64,000 nt of DNA, taken from the NCBI GenBank assembly GCA_049320885.1, contig JBMORA010000009.1, positions 352,001-416,000 of the forward strand, in the 5' to 3' direction. This stretch comes from Thermodesulfobacteriota bacterium. GTDB lineage: Bacteria > Desulfobacterota > Desulfobacteria > Desulfobacterales > SURF-7. The position numbers were made by a program, and so were the translations under genes. Positions 37,906 through 47,807 of the stretch are shown one piece after another. The stretch's first letter is position 1. Each line of letters opens with the position of its first letter. The notes beneath the pieces are model-generated. The model did no database searches. It was given only the letters and a program-made list of their open reading frames with translations, and was not told the origin of the DNA.

Positions 37906-39609
37906 CTATGAGGAGACTGCCTTTGAAAAAGGCCAGCAGACAATCCCTCCGTCCATATATTTGACGTTGGTGTATCCCGCGCCGGTCAGAATCCTCTCGG
38001 CTTCATATCCGCGCAGGGATATTTTGCAGAAGGGAATAATTTCTTTTTCCCGGGGAAGCTCGTCAAAACAGTTGCGCAGCTTGCCCAGGGGGATGAGCTT
38101 GACCCGGGGATCCTCGATCCGCATCTGCGAGAACTCCTGCGGCGAGCGCACATCCAGAAAGATGAAGTCGTCGCCGCTTTCGATTTTTTCATGCACTTCC
38201 ATGGGCGTGAGGGATTTTCCGAGGCCGCGGAGCTTGTTTTCGGCAATATTGGCCGCCGTGATGATATTGTCCATGGCTGGAGAGAACGGCGGTGCATAGG
38301 CCAGATCATACTGCCCGATATCCGTCACTTTCCCGCCGGAAAGAATGTTGGTGACCGCCACTTCCATTCGTTTGGCCACGTCACCGGGGCCGACGATCTG
38401 GGCGCCCAGCAGTTTTTCCGTCTTCCGGTCGACGATCAGCTTGATGACGATCATCCGCGCCTCGCTCAGAAAGTGGGGCTTGTCCGGCGCCGGGCTCAGA
38501 ACCGTGATATAGTCATAGCCCAGTTCCCTGGCGGCTTTTTCCGTCAGGCCGGTCCGGGCGACATTGCAGTTGAACAGTTTGCAGATGGCCGTGCCGGCCA
38601 TGCTCCTGAATTCGGTTTCCAGGCCGCAGATATTGTCCGCAATCACCCGGCCGTGTTTGTTGGCCGTGGATCCCATGGGGGCATAGAAGGGTTTGCCGGT
38701 GATGGCGTGGATGTTTTCGACGCAGTCGCCACCGGCATAGATATCCGGATCGGATGTACGCATGTGCCGGTCGACTTTGATGGCGCCGGTCGGGCCGATT
38801 TCCAGGCCCATTTCCCGGGCCAGCAGGGTGTTGGGTTTCACGCCCACGGCGATGAGCACCAGATCCGCCGGATATTCCCCCTTGTCGGTAGTGATGCTTT
38901 TCACGTTGCCGCGATCGTCGCCGTTGATTCTGACCACCGATTCGCTCAATCGGACGTTGATTCCGTTGGCGGCCATTTCGTTGTGGAGGTGATGAGCGAT
39001 TTCCATGTCCAGCAACTCACCCATGACCCGGTCCAGCCGTTCGATCACCGTAATGTTCATCCCCTGTTTTTTGAAGGCCTCGGTGACTTCGATGCCGATC
39101 AGTCCGGCGCCGATGATCACGGCGTTTTTTCCTTCGAGGGCGCCGCTCTCATTCCTGATCTTGCGCGCGTCCTCGACGGTTTGCAGAAAATTGACCCCGT
39201 TCAAATCCGTGCCTTCAATGGGGGGGACCTGATAGCGGCTGCCCACCGCGAGGACCAGGGCGTCATAGGAAAACTCTGCTGTTTCACCGGTATGAATGTT
39301 GATGGCGCAGACTTTTTTCCGTTTCCGGTCCACGGATTTCACCAGGGTATGATTCCGGACCTCGATGCCCTTGACCGTGTGGAAAAAGAAGGTGTCGCGA
39401 ACCACGCCGGTGGGGGTGGCCATGAGTTCGTTGTGGCTTTCGACTTCTCCGGCAATATAAAACGGCAGGCCGCAACCCGCGTAGGAAAGCAATTCGCCCT
39501 TTTCGATGATGGTGACCTGCGCTTCGGGATTCAGGCGCATGATCCGGGCCGCCGCCTTCGGGCCGCAGGCGACGCCGCCGACGACAACTACTTTTTGCTT
39601 TTTTATCAT
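37906..39609 (-). CDS. CoA-disulfide/persulfide reductase with C-terminal rhodanese domain
   Basis: GGVACG, SYAGCGLP, GAGLIG, LAYAPPF, then LDVR...CKISLR. Confidence 0.9.
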   Translation of the reverse strand: MIKKQKVVVVGGVACGPKAAARIMRLNPEAQVTIIEKGELLSYAGCGLPFYIAGEVESHNELMATPTGVVRDTFFFHTVKGIEVRNHTLVKSVDRKRKKVCAINIHTGETAEFSYDALVLAVGSRYQVPPIEGTDLNGVNFLQTVEDARKIRNESGALEGKNAVIIGAGLIGIEVTEAFKKQGMNITVIERLDRVMGELLDMEIAHHLHNEMAANGINVRLSESVVRINGDDRGNVKSITTDKGEYPADLVLIAVGVKPNTLLAREMGLEIGPTGAIKVDRHMRTSDPDIYAGGDCVENIHAITGKPFYAPMGSTANKHGRVIADNICGLETEFRSMAGTAICKLFNCNVARTGLTEKAARELGYDYITVLSPAPDKPHFLSEARMIVIKLIVDRKTEKLLGAQIVGPGDVAKRMEVAVTNILSGGKVTDIGQYDLAYAPPFSPAMDNIITAANIAENKLRGLGKSLTPMEVHEKIESGDDFIFLDVRSPQEFSQMRIEDPRVKLIPLGKLRNCFDELPREKEIIPFCKISLRGYEAERILTGAGYTNVKYMDGGIVCWPFSKAVSS

Positions 39610-39633
39610 CCTCTCTCTCCTTTCGATATTCTG

Positions 39634-41769
39634 TCAGTTTATGAAAACGGGTGGTTTGGTTTGATGGATGGGAGGCCGATCTGTCTCGAATTTCGCTTTC
39701 ACGGAGGGGAAGGCCTCCCGATTGGTATGCGGTAGAAACATGGCGGAAGTGAATTCATCCATAAACCGGCTGTTGCTCGAAAAATCGACATAGGTCATGC
39801 GGTTGCATACTTCCAGGGCTTCCCGGCGGCTGTGATCCGAAAGCAGCGCCATATACGCGCCGGCAATGGAGCTGTTGCCCATGTAAGTGAACTTGCAGCG
39901 TTCCACATCGGGCAACAGACCGATGGTGACGGCTTTTTCGATATCCAGGTACTGGCCGAAACCGCCGGTGATGATCATCCGGTCCACGGATGAAAACGCA
40001 AGCCCGGCATGCTGCAACAGAACGGAAAATCCGGCATAAACCGCGGCCTTGCTGCGCATGATATTGACCACGTCCGACGCCATGAAAAGGATTTCGCGTT
40101 CGAGGGAGGTCTCGTCCGCCATTGCCACCACATAGGCGGTTTCATCTTTTTCCCGCACAATCCGGGGGTGAACGGGTTCCATGGCGAACTTGCCGTTGGG
40201 GTGGATGATGCCGGCCAGCAACATCTCCGATATCAGGTCGATCATGCCCGAGCCGCAGATGCCGCGCGGTTTTTTCTTGCCGACCACCGCCCAGGAAGGT
40301 TCAAGGGTATCCGGATCGATGCGTACCTTTTCGATGGCCCCTTCCTCCGCCCGCATGCCCCAACGGACGCCGCCACCCTCAAAGGCCGGGCCGGCGGAAC
40401 AGGAGGCGGTCAGCAACCATTCGTTGTTTCCCAGCACGATCTCGCCGTTGGTGCCGATATCGATGAACAGCGTCAGGGCCGCTTCCCGGTGAAATCCGGT
40501 ATACAGAAGGCCGGACACAATATCTCCCCCGACATAGCTGGCGGGTCCCGGCATGACGAAAACGGCTGCTTCCGGATCGGTCTGGAGACCGATGTGTCCC
40601 GCCCGCAAAATCGGAAACGCGGAGACGGTGGGAATGTATGGCTCCCGCCGGATGTGGCGCGGTTCGATGCGCAGCAGCAGATGAATCATGGTGGTGTTGC
40701 CGGACAAAACGACGTTGTCGATCTGCCGGCGGTCGGCGCCCGTGGCGCCCAGGGTTTCATTGATCAGGCCGTTGATGGTGGCCAGGGCCATTTTGCTCAG
40801 CTTCTGAACCCCGTCCTTTTCCGCGCAGATAATCCGGTTGATCACGTCATCCCCACAGGCCGCCTGGCGGTTGTGCCCCGAGGCGGCGGCCAGTATGGCG
40901 CCGTCCAGCATATCCACCAGATACACCACAATGGAGGTCGTGCCCACATCGATGGCAAGCCCCAGGGATTTTCCGGGCCGATCCTCCGCTGCCACACGGA
41001 TCACCTCGCTGGAACAGTCGCTGTCGATGACGGCGGCGGTGACTTTGAAGTTGTTGCTTCGCATGGCCGCTGCCAGTTCGCGCATGACTTTCAGCCCCAT
41101 GGTGGTGCGGGCGGCATCACAACCCTTCTGCGACAGGCCTCGTTTCAGGCGATCCAGGTCGCTCACCGGATCGTCGAGAGTGGGTGGATTCAATTCCAGA
41201 CGAAAGTTCCGCGACATGGGGCTGATTTGGGATACCAACCCTTTCAGCCGATCCGTGGCCGCCTGGCCCATACCAGCTACCTGGAGATTCCGTTCAATGG
41301 TCTCTTCCGGTATCCGGACCGTTATATCGTTCCGGACGGCGGCCTGGCAGGCCAGGACATATCCCTTGGCCTTTTCGGCGTCGCTCAACAGCGGGGTGGC
41401 CGCTGCCTCCACCGCACCAGAAACCAGAACAAGCTTGCATTTGCCGCAAACTCCCTTCCCATTGCAGGATGCATTCAGGGGCACCTCGGCGGCCCGGGCG
41501 GCCTCCAGCAGGGAAGCACCTTCCGGCACCCGCACGGTTTTTGCCGCCGGTTCAAAGCTGACGCTGACTTCATGCATTTCCTTCCGTTCCGGCATGGCGT
41601 CGATATCTTTTCCGCCCCGTTTGTCCATGAACCAGATGGGGCAGGCGGACCGGAACTTGCAGTGGATATTCGGATCGCGGCATTTCAGGCATTCCTCGCA
41701 TAAATAGATATCGTGCTTCATGCAGACATAGCCGGTTTCGCGATCCGGGTGGTTGACACATCTTCCCAT
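39634..41769 (-). CDS. ASKHA/RACo-type corrinoid reductive activase (2Fe-2S) with N-terminal Cys/His domain
   Basis: CNGKGVCGKC...LAC 2Fe-2S; DVGTT, GDDVI.R, GGD, DIGTNGE, AGPAFEG, GICGSG. Confidence 0.88.
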   Translation of the reverse strand: MGRCVNHPDRETGYVCMKHDIYLCEECLKCRDPNIHCKFRSACPIWFMDKRGGKDIDAMPERKEMHEVSVSFEPAAKTVRVPEGASLLEAARAAEVPLNASCNGKGVCGKCKLVLVSGAVEAAATPLLSDAEKAKGYVLACQAAVRNDITVRIPEETIERNLQVAGMGQAATDRLKGLVSQISPMSRNFRLELNPPTLDDPVSDLDRLKRGLSQKGCDAARTTMGLKVMRELAAAMRSNNFKVTAAVIDSDCSSEVIRVAAEDRPGKSLGLAIDVGTTSIVVYLVDMLDGAILAAASGHNRQAACGDDVINRIICAEKDGVQKLSKMALATINGLINETLGATGADRRQIDNVVLSGNTTMIHLLLRIEPRHIRREPYIPTVSAFPILRAGHIGLQTDPEAAVFVMPGPASYVGGDIVSGLLYTGFHREAALTLFIDIGTNGEIVLGNNEWLLTASCSAGPAFEGGGVRWGMRAEEGAIEKVRIDPDTLEPSWAVVGKKKPRGICGSGMIDLISEMLLAGIIHPNGKFAMEPVHPRIVREKDETAYVVAMADETSLEREILFMASDVVNIMRSKAAVYAGFSVLLQHAGLAFSSVDRMIITGGFGQYLDIEKAVTIGLLPDVERCKFTYMGNSSIAGAYMALLSDHSRREALEVCNRMTYVDFSSNSRFMDEFTSAMFLPHTNREAFPSVKAKFETDRPPIHQTKPPVFIN

Positions 41770-41779
41770 GCGACACTCC

Positions 41780-42103
41780 TTACGCCATGGCGCGACTGAG
41801 GGTTTCGGCCAGAACATTCTGGGCTTGAATGCCGACGAAGCGCTGAATTTCCTTACTGTTTTTATATATAATCAGGGTCGGGATGCTCTGGATGCCGAGG
41901 TCGGCGGCCAATTTGGGAAGTTCATCTACATTGATGGCCGCAATCGGGACTTTGCCTTCGAACTGCACCGCCAGCTCTTTCAGAATGGGCTCCTGCAAAC
42001 GACATGGCGCACACCAGGGCGCATTGTAATCGATCAGGGCCACCCCGCCGGACTGAATCAATGCGTCGAACGCTTCTCTTGAATGGATTTCTTGAAACCC
42101 CAT
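41780..42103 (-). CDS. trxA: thioredoxin
   Basis: WCAPC, SIPT. Confidence 0.92.
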   Translation of the reverse strand: MGFQEIHSREAFDALIQSGGVALIDYNAPWCAPCRLQEPILKELAVQFEGKVPIAAINVDELPKLAADLGIQSIPTLIIYKNSKEIQRFVGIQAQNVLAETLSRAMA

Positions 42104-42168
42104 GTCCCAGGCCTCCTTTGCTGCGGGTCGATTTTCGGGATACGGCTGTCACACTGATTTGATCGGAC

Positions 42169-42185
42169 TTCAATTTGCATGCCAA
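42169..42185 (-). promoter_or_regulatory. probable sigma54 promoter (variant -12)
   Basis: Minus strand TTGGCATGCAAATTGAA; -12 reads GA rather than GC. Confidence 0.5.
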
Positions 42186-42286
42186 CCCCCTCAAGAGGCA
42201 TGGAAAAGGAGAGGGCGCGGCATCGGCCGATTGTCGGCGCAGGTTTGCGGGTTTTGCACGGTGAAGGAAAAAACCCATGGAAAGCA

Positions 42287-42344
42287 TTGACAGCAGGGGT
42301 GGCGCAACTTATGATCCGATGTAACCAGGAGGTTGCGCCACCCC
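42287..42344 (+). promoter_or_regulatory. sigma70 promoter of the activator overlapped by a 13-bp inverted repeat (candidate enhancer/operator)
   Basis: TTGACA(42287)-17-TATGAT(42310); GGGGTGGCGCAAC-N23-GTTGCGCCACCCC. Confidence 0.7.
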
Positions 42345-42403
42345 CCCCCGGAGGGGTGCGGGAACAAAAAGGGGGCGGGTGCTGATTGTCAGCAGCAGCG
42401 CTC

Positions 42404-43855
42404 ATGGAAAAAAAGGAAGGCAAAGCGAATATGCAACCCATGCCACCATATTCCGTGGATCCGGAATTCGCCACCTTGATGGTCAACGCCATCGCCGACG
42501 GCATTTTTACCCTCGACGAGCAGGGGGTGATCACCTCATGGAATCCGGCCATGGAACGGATCAGCGGTTACAGCGCCCGGGAGGCCATCGGGAAAACCTG
42601 CGACATACTCAACTTCAATCTCTGCTTCGGCAAGCGATGTCCGTCCGGTATCGGTGAATGCCGGGTATATGAAAACGGCCAGGGCGATGACAAGGAATGC
42701 TTTCTGCGCCATAAAAACGGTCATGATGTCCTGGTGGCCAAAAGCGCCCGGCGCGTTCTGGACCAAGCCGGTCATGTGCGCGGCGTGGTTGAAACCATCA
42801 CCGACCTGACGGAGCTGCAAAAAGCCCGGCGCAAGGCTGAGGACGCCGCCATGCGATTGTGCGAAATCCACCGGCTCAACAACATCATCGGCAAGAGCAA
42901 GGTCATGCTGCAAATTTTCGCATCCGTCCGATCCGCCGCGGCCAGCGAGGCGAACGTTTTGCTTCAGGGGGAGAGCGGGACCGGCAAGGAACTGGTGGCC
43001 GGCGCCATCCATTACAACAGCGAGCGCGCCAAGATGCCGTTTGTGGCCGTCAATTGCAGCGCCTTGCCCGAGACATTGCTGGAGAGCGAATTATTCGGGC
43101 ATGTCAAGGGCGCTTTTACCGGCGCCAACCGGGATCGCATCGGGCGCTTCGAGGAAGCGGACGGCGGGACCCTGTTTCTGGATGAAATCGGGGAAATCAG
43201 TCCCTTCATTCAAATCCGGCTGCTGCGGGTTCTCCAGGAACGCATCATCGAGCGAGTCGGTGAATCCAAGAAACGCAAGATCGACATCCGCATCATCACC
43301 GCCACCAACAAGGACCTTTTTTCCCAGGTGGGAAAGGGCGTTTTCCGCGAAGACCTCTACTACCGGCTGAAGGTTTTTCCCATCGATGTGCCCCCCTTGC
43401 GGATGCGGAAAGAGGACCTGCCGCTGCTCATCAGTCATTTCATCCAGCATCAGAACCATAAGACCGGGAAACGGATCAAGGGCGTCGATCCCTCGGTCAT
43501 GCGGGTGCTGATGGATTACAATTGGCCGGGAAATGTCCGCGAACTGGAGAACGCCGTGGAGCATGCCTTTGTGCTCTGCGCCGGCGACTATATCGGCATT
43601 TTCGATCTTCCGGTTGAAATCCGGCAGCTGGGATATCGTCCGGAGATTGTCCAAAATGATCACGGAGGTATCGAACACCCCCGGAAAAAACAGAACCTGA
43701 CCCGCGACAGCCTGGTGGGAGTACTTGCCGCCGGCGACTGGAACAAGGCCGAGGCCGCCAGGCACTTCGGCGTGAGCCGGGCCGCCATTTGGAAATACAT
43801 GAAGAAATGGGATATTCCCATGAGCAAAGCCCCGCAAGACAGCAGTGGTTTCTGA
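42404..43855 (+). CDS. PAS-domain sigma54 enhancer-binding protein (OrpR-like); start 42404 or 42431
   Basis: PAS with C-X7-C-X4-C-X6-[23 protein letters not shown]; Fis-type HTH. Confidence 0.92.
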   Translation: MEKKEGKANMQPMPPYSVDPEFATLMVNAIADGIFTLDEQGVITSWNPAMERISGYSAREAIGKTCDILNFNLCFGKRCPSGIGECRVYENGQGDDKECFLRHKNGHDVLVAKSARRVLDQAGHVRGVVETITDLTELQKARRKAEDAAMRLCEIHRLNNIIGKSKVMLQIFASVRSAAASEANVLLQGESGTGKELVAGAIHYNSERAKMPFVAVNCSALPETLLESELFGHVKGAFTGANRDRIGRFEEADGGTLFLDEIGEISPFIQIRLLRVLQERIIERVGESKKRKIDIRIITATNKDLFSQVGKGVFREDLYYRLKVFPIDVPPLRMRKEDLPLLISHFIQHQNHKTGKRIKGVDPSVMRVLMDYNWPGNVRELENAVEHAFVLCAGDYIGIFDLPVEIRQLGYRPEIVQNDHGGIEHPRKKQNLTRDSLVGVLAAGDWNKAEAARHFGVSRAAIWKYMKKWDIPMSKAPQDSSGF

Positions 43856-43950
43856 TGCGACCAGCTGCCTCCTTCCGAGAACTAATCAGTGGATATTCCT
43901 TTGACGGAGTCTTCAAACAATTCATCAGGTCATTTATCAGGTTATCAATA

Positions 43951-44054
43951 TTGATGAAATCGTAAAAAGTCGGATATCTCGGTCTCCGTCATGCCGGACT
44001 CGATCCGGCATCCAGTATTTACAATTGGTTATGGACTCCGGCTTTCGCCGGAGT
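43951..44054. repeat. MITE/REP-like element, copy 2 (right end missing)
   Basis: TTGATGAAATCGTAAAAAGTC then ATGCCGGACTCGATCCGGCAT and ACTCCGGCTTTCGCCGGAGT hairpins, matching 969-1070. Confidence 0.75.
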
Positions 44055-44165
44055 TCCGTTTGAAACCTGATATCCCATTCAAAAGAGCATTGATAAAATC
44101 GATGTTTTGGGCTATTGCTCATTAATAAAATCAATAGTCACCTGCAACCATCACAGGAGGTAACC

Positions 44166-44885
44166 ATGCCGGAAAAAATGGAAGTCGGGTGCGCCCGCCC
44201 CACCGGCGGACCCGTGGGGGAAGAGCCGAAAGAAATCGTTACCCCAGCGGAAACCATTCAGAAGGAGGCAACGCCGATGATACGTGTTGGAAAAAAAGCG
44301 CCGGATTTTATCGCGCCCGCCTATCACAAGGGGGCCTTTGTGTCGGTCAAACTGTCCGAGTATCTGGGGAAATGGGTGCTGTTATGTTTCTATCCCGGCG
44401 ATTTCACCTTCGTCTGAGCGACGGAGATTTCGGCAGTTGCCGAAAAACATGCGGAATTCCAGAAGCTGGGGGTCGAGATCCTGTCCATGAGCATCGACAG
44501 CGTTTTCGTCCATAAAATGTGGAATGACAATGAATTGTCCAAGATGGTGGCCGGCGGCGTGCCCTTCCCCATGCTGTCCGATGCCGGCGGCCGGGTGGGC
44601 AAGATTTTCGGCGTGTTCGATGAAGACGCCGGGGTCGAGACCCGCGGCCGTTTCATCATCGATCCGGACGGCGTAGTCCAGGGCTACGAAGTGCTGACAC
44701 CGCCGGTGGGCCGGAACGTGGGCGAATCCATCCGCCAGGTCCAGGCCTTCCAGCTGGTGCGGGAAAGCAAGGGCAAGGAGGCCACTCCCTCCGGCTGGAA
44801 ACCCGGCAAACTCACGCTGAAACCGGGTCCGGATCTGGTGGGGAAAGTGTGGGAGGTCTGGAAAACCACCATGGCCTTTGATTAA
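44166..44885 (+). CDS. prxU: selenocysteine-containing peroxiredoxin (AhpC-like)
   Basis: [12 protein letters not shown](44415)-ATE puts UGA at the peroxidatic Cys; both ORF halves share one frame; RBS AGGAGG. Confidence 0.92.
44415..44450 (+). promoter_or_regulatory. bacterial SECIS element
   Basis: TTTCGGCA-GT-TGCCGAAA hairpin starting 11 nt after the UGA. Confidence 0.75.
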
Positions 44886-44953
44886 ACCGCTGTTGTCCGA
44901 TCATGGAACGGCCCGCGGCCTGGTTGCGGCGGCCGTTCCTGCCTGTCTTCTCC

Positions 44954-45011
44954 TAATTTGGATATAGGGTCAAATTATTTGTGATAATTTGGATCGATAT
45001 CCAAATTATCA
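44954..45011. repeat. tandem palindromic operator-like sites
   Basis: TAATTTGGATATAGGGTCAAATTA and perfect TGATAATTTGGAT-CGAT-ATCCAAATTATCA. Confidence 0.65.
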
Positions 45012-45124
45012 GTTCATCCCCCAGTTGAAAGTAATGGCCAAATAAAATGTTGACATCGATCAAAACAAGGGTGTATTTTATTCATATAAAGAATAAAATA
45101 TATACTTTTTATGTGCTATAGCTG

Positions 45125-46510
45125 ATGAAAAGACTGGCTGAAAACAGATTGGTTGAATGGCTGCGGAGCGAAACGCGCAAACCGTTGGTGATCCGGGGCG
45201 CAAGGCAGGTCGGCAAATCGACCCTCGTCAGGCAGTTTGCAAGGGAAAACGGCCTTACCCTGCATGAAATCAACCTGGAGCGCTATCCGAAACTCCAGGA
45301 TGTCTTCTCCACCCATGATACCGGCAGGATTTTAAAAGAACTCGAATATATTTGCCGACAAGGCCCGATACATACCACGGGAAGCCTGCTGTTCCTCGAT
45401 GAGATTCAGGCGGTTCCCATCGCCATTCAAACCCTTCGATATTTTTTGGAAGATTGTCCAGATCTCCCGGTGGTTGCCGCGGGTTCTCTCCTGGAATTTT
45501 CCCTTTCGAAGCATTCTTTTTCCATGCCGGTGGGGCGGATCGAGTATCTGTTTCTCGGTCCGGTGACCTTCAAGGAAGCCCTGGCCGAAATGAATGAAAC
45601 CGATCTTCTGAGTTTAGTCAGCGAACATGTCCTGCCGGATTCGTTTCCAATCGTGGCTCATGAGCGTCTACTTGAGATATTGCGGGTTTATTTCCTGACA
45701 GGGGGAATGCCCGAGGCGGTTCAACGCTATATCGACACCCGGGACTTGAATCAGGTTTTTGACGTGCATGTCTCGATTATTGAAACGTACCGCGATGATT
45801 TTTCAAAATACGCAACCCGGGCGGATCTTCTTCGCCTTCACCGGGTTTTCGATCACATTCCCATCGCCGTCGGCAACCGGATCAAATACGCCAACATCGA
45901 TCCCCATGAGCAGGCGAGGGATCTCCGGCGCGCCCTGGATTTACTGGCCAAAGCCCAGGTGATTCTAAAGGCGTTCCATACGGACGCTTCGGGCCTGCCG
46001 TTGCAGGCCACAGTGGATCCGCTGAAATTCAAAACCTATTTTATGGATTGCGGTTTGATGAACAGCATGTGCGGCATCCAGTGGATTTCTCCTGGCGAAC
46101 TGAAATCCAGGGACTTCATTAACAAGGGCCGGGTCGCGGAGCAGTTCTTCGCCCAACATCTGGCCTATTCCGGAAAAACCAACAAACGTCCGGCATTGAC
46201 CTATTGGGCCCGGGAAGGGCGGGCTTCCAATGCCGAAGTGGATTTTGTCGTGCAATTCGGGCAGACGATCGTCCCCGTTGAAGTAAAGGCCGGCAAAAGC
46301 GGCTCCCTGAAGTCACTGCTTCAATTCGCTTCTGAAAAGAAGACATCGACCGCCATGCGGTTTGATCTGAACCCGCCGAGCCTCCAGCAGGTGGGCCATG
46401 CCATTCGGCAGGCGTCGGCCACCATGGATGTGGAATTCCACCTGATATCCCTCCCCCTTTACATGGCCGAGGAAGCGGAGCGGCTCTTCATGAAAGCGGG
46501 GGAGTCATGA
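45125..46510 (+). CDS. AAA_14 + DUF4143 ATPase
   Basis: GARQVGKS, FLDEIQ, GGMPE, EVDF...PVEVK. Confidence 0.9.
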   Translation: MKRLAENRLVEWLRSETRKPLVIRGARQVGKSTLVRQFARENGLTLHEINLERYPKLQDVFSTHDTGRILKELEYICRQGPIHTTGSLLFLDEIQAVPIAIQTLRYFLEDCPDLPVVAAGSLLEFSLSKHSFSMPVGRIEYLFLGPVTFKEALAEMNETDLLSLVSEHVLPDSFPIVAHERLLEILRVYFLTGGMPEAVQRYIDTRDLNQVFDVHVSIIETYRDDFSKYATRADLLRLHRVFDHIPIAVGNRIKYANIDPHEQARDLRRALDLLAKAQVILKAFHTDASGLPLQATVDPLKFKTYFMDCGLMNSMCGIQWISPGELKSRDFINKGRVAEQFFAQHLAYSGKTNKRPALTYWAREGRASNAEVDFVVQFGQTIVPVEVKAGKSGSLKSLLQFASEKKTSTAMRFDLNPPSLQQVGHAIRQASATMDVEFHLISLPLYMAEEAERLFMKAGES

Positions 46511-46615
46511 CAAATATCGCGATAATCCATCTTGACGGTTCTCTATTCACGGGTTACACGGATTTTAACCCCCCTTCCATCTGCGTCACCGATGGATTTG
46601 GTCCTTAGCCATCGG

Positions 46616-47065
46616 CTATGCCCCATCAAACCTTTCCACTAAAGCATCCAAAGTGATGTTAATCTCGATTTCATTATGAGGGATAAGGATATATCGCCAT
46701 TCCTTGCCGCCATAGCTTTGGGCATGTTCCATAGCATTGATACACCATTTCACGGCGGCTTCTTTTTTGGCGAGGTGAATCAGGGCGATGAAATGGGTCC
46801 AGCTCAATTATCGTATCAGCGATACGACAATTTCTTGGTCTGAAAAAACGTCAGCGAACTGGATCGTCCGGCGCATGTTTTTCTCGGAAAATCCGTTCCC
46901 ATAATCCTGATGCAATTGCGCACTCAGTTCAGGCACAATCTGGTCGCCGTATCCGGCCCTGCTCCCCTTGAGAATCTCCTCATTAATGCGCTTGTCGATT
47001 CGCCAATAGAGCATGGTTAAGGCGGCATTCACCGTTGTGGCGACCGCCGAACGATTTGTACCAGC
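46616..47065 (-). pseudogene. chimeric relic: DUF1016/YhcG N-terminus joined to a type III restriction-subunit-like C-terminus
   Basis: VNAALTMLYWRI...YG.GFS..N...LIR*LSWTHF, then in-frame KKEAAVKWC...W.YILIPH. Confidence 0.65.
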
Positions 47066-47158
47066 TTAAATTGATTGCTGATAATCAACAATTCAGCGAG
47101 ATAATATGACAAGAATGAAGATAAGTGCAAGGAAAAATGACCTTTTGACCTTGCGTTC

Positions 47159-47557
47159 TTAGGGCGTTTCGGGAACGACGCTGGCGCCGCGTTCCTCCAG
47201 CAGCGCCCGCAGCACGGACCGGTGGCAGCGCTTTTCATCCTCGCAGTAACATCCCAGGGAAAATTCGGTCTGGTGGGACAGGGCCGCCAGCAGATCCAGC
47301 ACCCGGTCGGCGCCGGACGCCTTGAGTTCCGCCATGAATTGTTTCCGGAAAGCGTTCCAGGCCTTGTCGTCGGTCGCGGTCCGGCCGGCCTGCATCAACT
47401 CCGGGCTGGGCGAGAGCAGCGGCAGCCAGACATCATAGTAATCCCTTTGCGCGAATTCCGATTTGGGCACGCCCCGGGGCGGTCTGCGGACCGTGCCCAG
47501 GCGCAGGCCTTCATCGGCCAACCGTTTGGTTCCCAATCTGACGATTCGAATCGGCAT
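47159..47557 (-). CDS. DUF488 family protein
   Basis: PRGV.K....D.W...SPS, GCYCEDE..CHR. Confidence 0.85.
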   Translation of the reverse strand: MPIRIVRLGTKRLADEGLRLGTVRRPPRGVPKSEFAQRDYYDVWLPLLSPSPELMQAGRTATDDKAWNAFRKQFMAELKASGADRVLDLLAALSHQTEFSLGCYCEDEKRCHRSVLRALLEERGASVVPETP

Positions 47558-47807
47558 GATTTTTTCCTCCATTCGGGGATTTCTGGCTTCATTGACTTCT
47601 GCAGGGGAAGCATAGCCTGTGAATATATCCTTGTAAACTATTTCATTCTGCCTTCTGAATTCTGTAATCAAATGGGATTGACCTGATACGGGCGAAGTGA
47701 TATCGTCAAATTTTATTTGTAGTGATTACAGATTCTTTGCTCAAGATCCGGAAGGACAGTCTTTCCGGTTCGGAAATATGCTACCATTAACAGAAGGGAG
47801 TCACAGC

